NCBI GenBank assembly: GCA_902597215.1
Contig: CACJWU010000002.1
Location: 30,275 to 94,274, forward strand
Length of the DNA stretch: 64,000 nucleotides
DNA from: an uncultured Pelagibacteraceae bacterium
GTDB taxonomy: Bacteria; Pseudomonadota; Alphaproteobacteria; Pelagibacterales; Pelagibacteraceae
Reading direction: 5' to 3'
A model generated the notes under the pieces. That model was not told where the DNA came from and did not search any database. It saw only the letters and a program-made list of their open reading frames with translations. Positions 8,332 through 17,603 of this stretch are shown piece by piece (position 1 is the first letter of the stretch; each line of letters begins with the position of its first letter). Made by a program: the position numbers and the translations under genes.

Positions 8332-9633
8332 ATGACTAAATTATTAAAAAAAATAAGTGCACCGCTTATTAGTTTAATTTTTTTATTGAACATGAGTAGT
8401 GCAGGTATGGCAGAAACGACCGTTTCTGCAGAAGTAGGGTTTATTTTTAATACCTTACTTTTCTTGATTTGTGGATTCTTGGTCATGTTTATGGCAGCAG
8501 GGTTTGCAATGCTAGAGTCAGGTATGGTTACTTCAAAAAGTGTATCCGTAATCTGCGCAAAAAACATAGGTTTATTTTCAATTGCAGGAATAATGTTCTG
8601 GCTAGTTGGTTATAATCTTGCTTATGGAATCGATCCAGGTGGGTATATTGGAAAATTCATTCCATGGGCTGATGGTAGTAAAATAGATACTGGTTATTCT
8701 GACGGTTCAGACTGGTATTTCCAAATGGTATTCTGTGCAACTACAGTATCAATTGTATCAGGAACAATGGCTGAAAGAATTAAGTTATGGCCATTTTTTA
8801 CATTCGCTGCAGTTCTTTCAGGAATTATTTATCCAATCGTAATGGGTTGGCAGTGGGGTGGAGGCTGGTTAGCAACCATGGGCTTCTCTGATTTCGCCGG
8901 TTCAACACTAGTACACTCAACTGGAGGTGCAGCTGCTTTAGCTGGTGCTATGATAATAGGACCTAGACTTGGAAGATTTACAAAGTCTGGTGCTCCAGCT
9001 CCTCTAAAACCTTTTGCAGCTTCATCAATTCCATTAGTTACAATTGGTGTATTTATTTTATGGTTAGGTTGGTTTGGATTTAATGGTGGTTCGCAATTAG
9101 CTATGGGAACTGCTGCTGATGCAATCGCTGTATCTAAAATCTTTATTAATACATTTTTAGCTGGTGCTGGTGGAGTAATAGGTGCTGCAATTATCACAAG
9201 ATTACATTTTGGTAAAACTGATGTAGTGCAAATGTTAAATGGATGTATTGGTGGATTAGTATCAATAACAGCCGAGCCTTTATTACCATCTCCTTTCGCA
9301 GCAATTTTAATTGGTGCAGTAGGTGGATTGATTGTAGTATATGGAACTAAACTATTGTTTTCATTACAAATTGATGATGTAGTTGGTGCTGTACCTGCTC
9401 ACTTATTTGCCGGTATCTGGGGTACTTTAATAGTACCTGCAACAAACACTGGTGCAAATTTTAGCACTCAGTTGATAGGTGTATTATCAGTAAATATATT
9501 TGTTTTCATTGTGGCTTACATTGTGTTTAGCCTTATTAAAGCAACTATTGGCCTTAGGTTAAGTAAAGAAGGTGAAACCAAAGGTACTGATGTTACTGAA
9601 ACTGGTGTAATTGCTTACGCAATAAGAGACTAA
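8332..9633 (+). CDS. amtB: Ammonium transporter
   Basis: DFAGSTLVH, LWLGWFGFNGGS, DDVVGAVPAH; SD GGAGG upstream. Confidence 0.97.
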   Translation: MTKLLKKISAPLISLIFLLNMSSAGMAETTVSAEVGFIFNTLLFLICGFLVMFMAAGFAMLESGMVTSKSVSVICAKNIGLFSIAGIMFWLVGYNLAYGIDPGGYIGKFIPWADGSKIDTGYSDGSDWYFQMVFCATTVSIVSGTMAERIKLWPFFTFAAVLSGIIYPIVMGWQWGGGWLATMGFSDFAGSTLVHSTGGAAALAGAMIIGPRLGRFTKSGAPAPLKPFAASSIPLVTIGVFILWLGWFGFNGGSQLAMGTAADAIAVSKIFINTFLAGAGGVIGAAIITRLHFGKTDVVQMLNGCIGGLVSITAEPLLPSPFAAILIGAVGGLIVVYGTKLLFSLQIDDVVGAVPAHLFAGIWGTLIVPATNTGANFSTQLIGVLSVNIFVFIVAYIVFSLIKATIGLRLSKEGETKGTDVTETGVIAYAIRD

Positions 9634-9731
9634 TTGCATGCAATAAGGGGTTCTTCGCTCTCTGTGTATCAAATTACTCAACGGAGAACCCCCTAATAAA
9701 TGCTTCCTCTAAGTTAGTTAGTTAACAAAAT

Positions 9732-9762
9732 AAAACCCCCTTCCCTCAAAGGGGGTTTTTTT
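9732..9762. terminator. Bidirectional intrinsic terminator between amt and bcp
   Basis: AAAACCCCCTT-CCCTCA-AAGGGGGTTTTTTT. Confidence 0.85.
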
Positions 9763-10213
9763 ATTTAGCAAATACTTTTAAAGTATGTAAAACTTCTTCC
9801 GCATGGTCTTTTACTTTGACATTTTTCCAAGTTTTTAAAATCTTACCTTTTTTATCGATTAAAAAAGTTGATCTTATAAGACCCATAAATTCACGTCCCA
9901 TAAACTTTTTCTTACCCCATACTTTATATTTCTTAATAATTATTTGATTTTCATCTGATAAAAGATCAAATCTAATATTATATTTTTTTTTGAACTTTTG
10001 ATGGCTTAAAATATTATCTTTTGAAATACCAAAAACTTCACAATTTAGTTTTTTAAATTTAGGTAGTAACTTATTAAAATCCTTTGTTTCTAATGTGCAT
10101 CCTGGGGTGTCGTCTTTAGGATAAAAATACAGAACTACAAATTTGCCAGACAAGCTTTTTAGATCAAAGTTATCTTTGTTTGTAGATAGTGATTTAAAAA
10201 TTGGAGCTTTCAT
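9761..10213 (-). CDS. bcp: Peroxiredoxin Bcp
   Basis: VVLYFYPKDDTPGCTLE and RSTFLID. Confidence 0.95.
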   Translation of the reverse strand: MKAPIFKSLSTNKDNFDLKSLSGKFVVLYFYPKDDTPGCTLETKDFNKLLPKFKKLNCEVFGISKDNILSHQKFKKKYNIRFDLLSDENQIIIKKYKVWGKKKFMGREFMGLIRSTFLIDKKGKILKTWKNVKVKDHAEEVLHTLKVFAK

Positions 10214-11205
10214 ATTTTAAGTTCTTTTACAATATCTTCAAAAACTTTTATTGGTGTTAATTTTTTCATTCCTTTTCTATCTCTTAATCGATAGTTATCT
10301 GGTAAACCATCTGGTCTCAAAATCTTTATTTTACTGTATCTTAATTCTTTTATTGGATCATTTGCTATTAATCCAAAGCTTTTGATGTTTAGAGCGGCAG
10401 CAAGATTGAGTGGACCAGAATTATTTCCAACAAAAAAATTGGAATTTTTTAAAGCTAGTATTATACCTGTTAATTTTTTATGAGAGCAATTTATAAAAAA
10501 ATTTTTATTTGATAAATTAATTATTTTATCTGCCAAAAATGATTTCTGAGGTCCACTTATTAAGTAGATATAATCAAACAATTTTCTTTTATATAACAAA
10601 TTTGATAGTTCAACAAAATCTTCTTCATACCACATTTTATAATCTTCGAATGAGTCAATTCCAAATGCAATTTTTTTTCCTTTAATTAATAAATCTTTAT
10701 TTTCATTTTCAAATTTAGATGTCTTAATTTCAATTTCAGGATACAGATTTTCAATTTTTATTGAATTAATTTTTAAAAATTTTTGAGATTGTTCTGTATA
10801 TGTATTTTTCCAATCTTCGTCAGTAAGAAAATTTCTACATGTAAGCCATTTTTTTTGATTACCTATTCCTGGGCCAATAATATTTTTTATTCCTAATAAT
10901 TTTGCTGCAATTGCAGGTTTATTTACTTTATCAAGTATATAGACATAATCATATTTATTTTGAAAATAAATTTTCATTAATTTTAAAACATCAATCCAAT
11001 AATTTATTCCTTTTCGAAAATCATTATAAAATACTTTATTAATATGACCTATATCTGCAAAAATATTTTGTGCTTGTGTCTTTTTTCTAACAATTAAATC
11101 AATTTGTTCATTGTGATGATCACTGATTGCCTTAATATAAGGTAATTGCCAAATTAGATCCCCAAGTTTATGATGAGTGTAAACTATGCAGATTTTTTTA
11201 TTCAT
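10210..11205 (-). CDS. Glycosyltransferase family 9 (heptosyltransferase-like)
   Basis: KLGDLIW near the N-terminus and FVGNNSGPLNLAAAL. Confidence 0.85.
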   Translation of the reverse strand: MNKKICIVYTHHKLGDLIWQLPYIKAISDHHNEQIDLIVRKKTQAQNIFADIGHINKVFYNDFRKGINYWIDVLKLMKIYFQNKYDYVYILDKVNKPAIAAKLLGIKNIIGPGIGNQKKWLTCRNFLTDEDWKNTYTEQSQKFLKINSIKIENLYPEIEIKTSKFENENKDLLIKGKKIAFGIDSFEDYKMWYEEDFVELSNLLYKRKLFDYIYLISGPQKSFLADKIINLSNKNFFINCSHKKLTGIILALKNSNFFVGNNSGPLNLAAALNIKSFGLIANDPIKELRYSKIKILRPDGLPDNYRLRDRKGMKKLTPIKVFEDIVKELKI

Positions 11206-11980
11206 AAAAATCTAATTTTATATCTTTTCCTCTTTTGAAATTTTTATAATCTAATCCTGATATAGGATATTTTTTTTTTGATCTCTCTAAAGATACACTA
11301 ATTTTATTTGTATTAACAAATGTTAACTCAATATCGTTGGGAAACCCACTAGAGTTAATTTCTTTATAATTATTTGCATGTATATGAATTAATTTTAAAT
11401 ACTTATTTTCAACAATAAAACTTTCAATTTGTTTTAAATTTTTTTCTAAGTCGTGAAACTCAATTATCAAAGAAACTAATTTGTCAGATTTATCACTTAT
11501 ATCCGACAAAACTTCATATTCATTACCCTCAATGTCTACTTTTAAAAATATACCTTCTTGATCAGAAAGCAAACTTAACATTGATATTTCATTATCTTTT
11601 TTTGATCGTTTTACTACTTTTTGAAGAAAGTGCTTATTTTCATTTTTAAAGAATATTTTGTAGTTAAAATAATCAAATATTTTTATAATTTTGTTCAAAC
11701 TAAGTTTTTTTAATAAAAAAAAGTGCAAGATATCTTTCACAAATCTTTTTAACCAAAAAACTTTATCAATTGTATGATCGTAAGCATCAATGTGACAATT
11801 CTTATTTAATCTTTTGAAATCTTTTTCAAATTTCCAATCATCACTTAAACCACAAGTAATAATTCTTTTTGTTAATCTTATAGAGTCCTTATGTATTACA
11901 TATCCGCCATCTGAATTTGGCCCAATTCTCATCAAATTGTATATTTCTACATCGTACGGTTTAAGAAAAAGTGGAAGCAT
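11198..11980 (-). CDS. FkbM/Methyltransf_22-like SAM-dependent methyltransferase
   Basis: RIGPNSDGGYV, FLKVDIEGNEY, IIEFH, HIHANN. Confidence 0.75.
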   Translation of the reverse strand: MLPLFLKPYDVEIYNLMRIGPNSDGGYVIHKDSIRLTKRIITCGLSDDWKFEKDFKRLNKNCHIDAYDHTIDKVFWLKRFVKDILHFFLLKKLSLNKIIKIFDYFNYKIFFKNENKHFLQKVVKRSKKDNEISMLSLLSDQEGIFLKVDIEGNEYEVLSDISDKSDKLVSLIIEFHDLEKNLKQIESFIVENKYLKLIHIHANNYKEINSSGFPNDIELTFVNTNKISVSLERSKKKYPISGLDYKNFKRGKDIKLDFYE

Positions 11981-12022
11981 ATTTAAATTGTAATTTTATA
12001 TATTTTTTATATTAATCATTAA

Positions 12023-12406
12023 ATGAAAATTAAGTCAGTACAAACATTAGTTTCAGAGGCTCTTGAAGACATTAAAACTATTACTTCTGATGAAGCGCTT
12101 AAAATGTACAGTGAAAACCAGTGTAATCTAATTGATATTAGAGATATCAGAGAACTTCAAAAAGAAGGTCGAGTTGAAGGTGCCAGCCATATCCCAAGAG
12201 GAATGTTAGAATTTTGGTTAGATCCAAATAGTCCATACTTTAAAGAGGGAAAACTAGATATGAACAAAGAGATGGTTTTATTTTGTGCTGGTGGTTTAAG
12301 ATCAGCTTTAGCGGCTAAGACTTTAGATGAAATGGGATTTAAAAAAGTATCACATATAGACGGTGGTTTTGGAGCTTTAAAGCAAAGTAAATTTAAAATT
12401 ATCTAA
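12023..12406 (+). CDS. Rhodanese-like sulfurtransferase
   Basis: IDIRDIRE, active-site FCAGGLRS, HIDGGF. Confidence 0.92.
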   Translation: MKIKSVQTLVSEALEDIKTITSDEALKMYSENQCNLIDIRDIRELQKEGRVEGASHIPRGMLEFWLDPNSPYFKEGKLDMNKEMVLFCAGGLRSALAAKTLDEMGFKKVSHIDGGFGALKQSKFKII

Positions 12407-12981
12407 GACTTTATTTCCTCTAAAGCATAATCCAATCTATCTTGGCCCCAAAAAATTTTGTTATTTACAACAAAGGTAGGGGCACCAAAAATATCTTTAT
12501 CAAAGGCATCTTTGGTTAACTTTTTTAATTCATCCTTAATTTTTTGATCTTTAATACCAGCATTAAATGAATTTTGTTCAATCTCACAATCAAGAAGAAT
12601 CTTTTTCACATTGGTCTCTAAGGATATATCAATGTTATTTTTCCAATATGAGTCAAAGCACACATCAAAAAATTTATCTTTTTTATTTTTATCGATTAAA
12701 ATAAATCCTCTCATAAGATTTAGAGTATTAATTGGAAATTTGTCATTCCATTTAAAGGAGATATTATTTTTTTTAGCTATTAGATTACAATCATTTTTCA
12801 TATTTTTCATTTTACGTTCATTAAAAGCTGGTGCAGTTATTCCACCTAATTTATGAAGACCACCCAATAAAACAGCTTTATATTTAAAATTATTTCTTTG
12901 ATTCAGACTCACTATTTTCTTATGTGCTAAATACGAATAAGGACTTATAAAATCAAAATAGAAATCAATTAACTTATTCAT
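12403..12981 (-). CDS. DsbA-family 2-hydroxychromene-2-carboxylate isomerase / kappa GST-like protein
   Basis: FYFDFISPYSY, FGAPTFVV, FWGQDRL. Confidence 0.9.
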   Translation of the reverse strand: MNKLIDFYFDFISPYSYLAHKKIVSLNQRNNFKYKAVLLGGLHKLGGITAPAFNERKMKNMKNDCNLIAKKNNISFKWNDKFPINTLNLMRGFILIDKNKKDKFFDVCFDSYWKNNIDISLETNVKKILLDCEIEQNSFNAGIKDQKIKDELKKLTKDAFDKDIFGAPTFVVNNKIFWGQDRLDYALEEIKS

Positions 12982-13447
12982 ATAAATTGATATTTTTTGC
13001 GTAAAATATTCTTATTAACCAATAAATAAGCACACCTAAAGGACCAATCAAATAAGTAATAATTAATGGAAATGCTAATAAAACTTTATTGATTAAAAAT
13101 TTTTGGGAGTCTTTGACCATCCATCCACCAACAAATAAATTTATTGAAACGAAATGTATCCAGAATAGTATTAGAAAAAGTTTATTTGAAAAAAGATTTG
13201 TTAAATATGATATACCCAAATAAAGCTCAAAATTTCCAATAAAGTCAAATGAACTTAAATAAGATTTATATAAAACAAATATGTATGTTCCGCCTAATAA
13301 TAAAAAAGGAAAAATTGAAGTTACAAAATATTTACCAAGATTAGATGACGGAAAAAAAATTAATAACAGCCAAAATGGCAATACACCTAAATTCACCCAA
13401 AAATAGAGAATTTCTATTGTAAAAAAAGCATAAATTTGTTCGATCAT
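12974..13447 (-). CDS. ABA4-like (DUF4281) membrane protein
   Basis: VLPFWLLLIFFP, FWIHFVSINLFVGGW, GPLGVLIY. Start re-called at MIEQIY to avoid overlap with recX. Confidence 0.8.
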   Translation of the reverse strand: MIEQIYAFFTIEILYFWVNLGVLPFWLLLIFFPSSNLGKYFVTSIFPFLLLGGTYIFVLYKSYLSSFDFIGNFELYLGISYLTNLFSNKLFLILFWIHFVSINLFVGGWMVKDSQKFLINKVLLAFPLIITYLIGPLGVLIYWLIRIFYAKNINLYE

Positions 13448-13475
13448 ATTAATTTGTATTATAATAAATCTTACA

Positions 13476-14039
13476 ATGATTCCTATAAGAAATAAGAAAA
13501 AATCTTTAAGTGCGACTGTAGATGAAATGAGAAATTTTTCATTAGCATATGTAGAAAAGTATGCCCCTTCCAAACAACAGCTTAGAACATATTTAATAAA
13601 GAAATACCTTAAATCCACGATAACAAATGTCAGAAAACAGGATGTGATTGATTTAATTGATGTTGTTTTATCAGATTTAGAGAAAAATAGATTTATAAAT
13701 GATAAATTTTACTCAGAGAGTAAAGCAAAGAACATGATTCAAAGAGGTAATTCAATAAATAAAATAAGAAATTATTTAGTCGGCAAAGGTATTAATGATA
13801 AATATATAAAAGATACTGTTAATAAAATAAATGAAAATAATTCTGATCAAGATTTTTTTTCGGCTATTAAGGTATGTAAAAAAAAGAAAATAGGTCCAGC
13901 AAGAACTGAAGAAAATCGTTCTTTATTCTATAAAAAAGACATATCTTTGTTAGCTAGAAATGGATTTGATTATGAAACATCCAAAAAAGTTATGGAATTA
14001 CAAAAAAATGATTTTTTAAAGATTATCAAACTTCTTTGA
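13476..14039 (+). CDS. recX: Regulatory protein RecX
   Basis: YVEKYAPSKQQLRTYL, FINDKFYSE, LARNGFDYE. Confidence 0.85.
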   Translation: MIPIRNKKKSLSATVDEMRNFSLAYVEKYAPSKQQLRTYLIKKYLKSTITNVRKQDVIDLIDVVLSDLEKNRFINDKFYSESKAKNMIQRGNSINKIRNYLVGKGINDKYIKDTVNKINENNSDQDFFSAIKVCKKKKIGPARTEENRSLFYKKDISLLARNGFDYETSKKVMELQKNDFLKIIKLL

Positions 14040-14174
14040 TTTCTTTTTTTTTTCCTCTTCAATTAGATAATTGATTTTGTTTTTTATGTAATTTCTAACA
14101 TATATGAAAACTAATAGGCCAAAAATTGATACAGATATAATGATAATCAAAATTGTTCTAATTTGTTCATCCAT
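14016..14174 (-). CDS. Small single-TM hypothetical protein (52 aa)
   Basis: MDEQIRTILIIIISVSIFGLLVFIYVRNYIKNKINYLIEEEKKKKSKKFDNL; TAATG overlap with the cysQ stop. Confidence 0.65.
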   Translation of the reverse strand: MDEQIRTILIIIISVSIFGLLVFIYVRNYIKNKINYLIEEEKKKKSKKFDNL

Positions 14175-14947
14175 TATAAAATATTTTTACTCTTTAAAAT
14201 TAAACCAGGATTTCTGAAATCTTTTTTTCCATATATGATCTCTTTTCCCTCTAGATCAGTTATTTTACCACCAGCATGTTTTAAAATTGCATGGCCTGCC
14301 GCTATATCCCATTCATAAGCTCTTGGGTCTGCAACATATCCATCATATTCACCAGCTGCAATAACACAAAATTTTAGAGAACTTTTCATTTTTACACATC
14401 TGTTTACTTTTAATTTTTTATGTATTTTCTCAATTTCTGGCTTTTTATTATTTGAATAGACTACAAACTTAATATCATCTTTGTTAAAATTTTTTGAACT
14501 ATTTAACTTGATTGTTTTATTATTAGTAAGCTCAAAGGCACAATTTATTCCGTAAGAGTAAAACATTCTTTTTTTTGAAGGTGCATAAATCAACCCTGCA
14601 ACTGGTTGTTTATCAATTATTAATCCAGCATTTATAGTAAATTCTTCTAGATTATTTATATAATCATAAGTACCATCAATAGGATCTATTAACCAAAAAT
14701 CTTTCAAATCTTCTTTTGATTTATTATCTGGAGTTTCTTCAGAAATTATTGGTAATTCTGGTGTAATTTCTTTTATTCTATTCGTTATGATTTTATTCAC
14801 TTCGATATCACCATTGCTAACAGGTGTATTATCAGATTTGATCCTTTGAATTAATCCTTTGTTTCTTAATTGTAATGATATTTCTCCAGCATGTAAAAAA
14901 GTATTAATTAAATCCTCAACAATATTTTTAATATTCAACTTAGTCAT
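14174..14947 (-). CDS. cysQ: 3'(2'),5'-bisphosphate nucleotidase CysQ
   Basis: IISEE, WLIDPIDGT, SSLKFC, WDIAAGHAIL. Confidence 0.92.
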   Translation of the reverse strand: MTKLNIKNIVEDLINTFLHAGEISLQLRNKGLIQRIKSDNTPVSNGDIEVNKIITNRIKEITPELPIISEETPDNKSKEDLKDFWLIDPIDGTYDYINNLEEFTINAGLIIDKQPVAGLIYAPSKKRMFYSYGINCAFELTNNKTIKLNSSKNFNKDDIKFVVYSNNKKPEIEKIHKKLKVNRCVKMKSSLKFCVIAAGEYDGYVADPRAYEWDIAAGHAILKHAGGKITDLEGKEIIYGKKDFRNPGLILKSKNIL

Positions 14948-15110
14948 AAATTTTTACCAACTCTACATTTTTGGCATTAATTACTTTTTTTCCAACATTT
15001 TCAAAATTAACTGTTACTTTTTCATGAATAATTGATTGAACTTGACCAACTCCCCATTCCTTGTTTAGCGGATTTTTCACTTTGTCACCTGGCTCATAAT
15101 CTAAAATCAT
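14940..15110 (-). CDS. DUF3553-like small protein (56 aa)
   Basis: MILDYEPGDKVKNPLNKEWGVGQVQSIIHEKVTVNFENVGKKVINAKNVELVKIYD. Confidence 0.8.
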   Translation of the reverse strand: MILDYEPGDKVKNPLNKEWGVGQVQSIIHEKVTVNFENVGKKVINAKNVELVKIYD

Positions 15111-15151
15111 TTAATTTAACTTATATTAGAAATAAGTATAAATACCACTAA

Positions 15152-16270
15152 ATGAATAAAGAAATAAATTCTATAGGAATTAATAAAAAAACATCAGATA
15201 CCACTGTTGTTGTGGCAATGTCAGGAGGAGTAGACTCCTCAACAGTAGCCGGTATGATGAAAAAAGAAGGTTATAAAGTTATAGGTATCACTCTTAAACT
15301 TTATGATGATAGAAAAGAAGTTGCAGCCTCTAAACAGTGTTGTTCTGGACAAGATATTATGGATGCTAAAAGAGTAGCGAACAAGTTAGATATAGAGCAT
15401 AAAATTTTATATTATCAAAATAAATTTAAACAAGGTGTTATTGACAACTTTGTTGAAAGTTATCTGAAAGGTGAAACACCAATACCATGTGTTCAATGTA
15501 ACCAAACTGTTAAATTTAAAGATTTGTTTGAAGTTTCAAAGGATTTAAAAGCTGATGCATTAATTACAGGTCATTATGTTAAAACTATAATATCAAATAA
15601 TACTACCAACATGTATAGAGCAGTAGATGAAAATAGGGATCAAAGTTATTTTTTATTTAATACTACAAGACAACAATTGGATTATTTGAGATTTCCATTA
15701 GGAAATCTTCTCAAAGACGAAACTAGAACTATTGCAAAAAAATTAGATTTAAATGTTGCTGATAAACCTGATAGTCAAGATATATGTTTTGTGCCTAATG
15801 GTGATTACGCATCTGTAATTCAAAAATTTAGACCCGACTCATTTCAAAAGGGAAATATAAAAAATTTAGATGGTAAAGTGATTGGAGTTCATGATGGAAT
15901 AATAAATTTTACAATTGGTCAAAGAAAAGGAATTAAAGTATCAGATAAAGAGCCATTATATGTAATAAAAATTAATTCAAAAAAAAATGAAATCATAGTT
16001 GGTCCTAAAGAATATTTGGGAAAAAAAAAGATCTCACTAAAAAATGTTAATTTGTTAGTTGATAAAAAGGAATTTGAATCTAGTATTTTTGTTAAAGTAA
16101 GATCGACAGGAAACCTTTTGGAGGCTAAAGTAAATTTTAGTGACCAAAATGATGCGATGGTTAATCTTAAAGATCCAGAAGATGGCATATCACCTGGGCA
16201 AGCATGCGTATTCTATAATAAAGATAATCTAGGTTTTAAAGTTTTAGGAGGTGGCTGGATAAAGGAATAA
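15152..16270 (+). CDS. mnmA: tRNA 2-thiouridine synthase MnmA
   Basis: [42 protein letters not shown]. Confidence 0.98.
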   Translation: MNKEINSIGINKKTSDTTVVVAMSGGVDSSTVAGMMKKEGYKVIGITLKLYDDRKEVAASKQCCSGQDIMDAKRVANKLDIEHKILYYQNKFKQGVIDNFVESYLKGETPIPCVQCNQTVKFKDLFEVSKDLKADALITGHYVKTIISNNTTNMYRAVDENRDQSYFLFNTTRQQLDYLRFPLGNLLKDETRTIAKKLDLNVADKPDSQDICFVPNGDYASVIQKFRPDSFQKGNIKNLDGKVIGVHDGIINFTIGQRKGIKVSDKEPLYVIKINSKKNEIIVGPKEYLGKKKISLKNVNLLVDKKEFESSIFVKVRSTGNLLEAKVNFSDQNDAMVNLKDPEDGISPGQACVFYNKDNLGFKVLGGGWIKE

Positions 16271-16271
16271 G

Positions 16272-16355
16272 CTATTTTTTCTTATTCTTTTTTCGAGCTC
16301 GTCTTTTTTTAGAGCCCATTTTTCTACGGCCTCTATGTTTCTTTGGGTAACTCAT
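16272..16355 (-). CDS. Very small Lys/Arg-rich peptide (27 aa)
   Basis: MSYPKKHRGRRKMGSKKRRARKKNKKK; SD AAGGA 4 nt before the ATG. Confidence 0.6.
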   Translation of the reverse strand: MSYPKKHRGRRKMGSKKRRARKKNKKK

Positions 16356-16427
16356 TAAATCCTTTTCATTAATTGATTGAATTTTTGATATGGATATAGC
16401 ATTGTCCTTAAAGCATATCAATATTTT

Positions 16428-17603
16428 ATGGGAAAATCTTTTAAAACATTTTTAAAACATACCGCGAAAGATTTTCATAATCAGTCAGTAAATCCTCCAG
16501 TTGTTAGAGCTTCAACGATAATTTTTAAGTCAATGCAGCATATTAGAAAGACACAAGCGAAAGCGCAAAAAAATCCAATTGGTGGGCATTATGATTATGG
16601 TCGACAAGGAACCTCTACAACATATATATTACAAAAAATTCTTACTAAACTTGAGGAAAGTTATCATGTATTTACAACACCAACAGGTTTTGGTTCTGTT
16701 TTTTTAGCAATATTCAGTGTTGTGAGGCCAGGAGATGAGATGTTGGTTGCTGATCCTGTTTATAGTCCAACAAGGATTTTGACAAAAGATTATTTAAAAG
16801 ATTTTAATATTAAAACAATTTTTTACAATCCACACAATTTAAAAACACTTGAAAAAAATATTACAAAAAAAACAAAATTAATTTTTGTTGAAAATCCAGG
16901 TAGTAACACATTTGATTTTCAGGATTTAGGAAAAATTATTTCAATAGCCAAAAAAAATAAAATTTACACTGTAATAGATAATACATGGGGAACACCTTAT
17001 TATTTAAAACCAATCAAGTTAGGTTTTGATATGTCAATTGTTTCGGCAACTAAATATTATTCAGGACATTCTGATGTTATGGGAGGAAGTTTGGCTGTTA
17101 ATAAAAAAGTTTTTCCAAAAGTAAAAGCTGCTGAGAAAATAACTGGTTTAAGACTAGGTCCAGATGATGCATATTTGATAACAAGAGGCTTAAGAACTTT
17201 AGATATTAGATTGGATCGACATAGGGAAAATGCAAAAAAAATTGCAGCTTTTTTAACTAAGAATAAAAGAATAAAACTTTTATATCCATATAAAAAAGAC
17301 TCATTAAATTATAGAATGTGGAAAAGATATTATTCAGGCGCTTCTGGTCTCATGGGGTTAAAAATTAAATCCAGAAATATAAATTCAGTCAGAAAGTTTG
17401 TAAATTCACTAAAACTATTTGGATATGGATACAGCTGGGGTGGTTTTGAAAGTTTAGTTTTACATCAAGAGTTTAGAGAAAATGGAAATAGAAGATTTAT
17501 GAATTTAGCTAAAGATGAACATCTTGTAAGATTACACATTGGTTTAGAGGACCCCAATGACTTAATTGCAGATATTAAACAGGCATTAAGACACTTAAGA
17601 TGA
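16428..17603 (+). CDS. metC: Cystathionine beta-lyase
   Basis: VNPPVVRAST, YGRQGT, PLP lysine in SATKYYSGHSD, YSWGGFES. Confidence 0.92.
   Translation: MGKSFKTFLKHTAKDFHNQSVNPPVVRASTIIFKSMQHIRKTQAKAQKNPIGGHYDYGRQGTSTTYILQKILTKLEESYHVFTTPTGFGSVFLAIFSVVRPGDEMLVADPVYSPTRILTKDYLKDFNIKTIFYNPHNLKTLEKNITKKTKLIFVENPGSNTFDFQDLGKIISIAKKNKIYTVIDNTWGTPYYLKPIKLGFDMSIVSATKYYSGHSDVMGGSLAVNKKVFPKVKAAEKITGLRLGPDDAYLITRGLRTLDIRLDRHRENAKKIAAFLTKNKRIKLLYPYKKDSLNYRMWKRYYSGASGLMGLKIKSRNINSVRKFVNSLKLFGYGYSWGGFESLVLHQEFRENGNRRFMNLAKDEHLVRLHIGLEDPNDLIADIKQALRHLR

Noticed and set aside
13448-13618. Apparent 143-nt overlap of the ABA4-like ORF with recX
   Set aside because: This comes from longest-ORF start calling. 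The ATG at 13447 gives a normal divergent arrangement. The same applies to the extended starts at 3548, 25737, 33951, 35781, 39541, 52189, 53103 and 53647.
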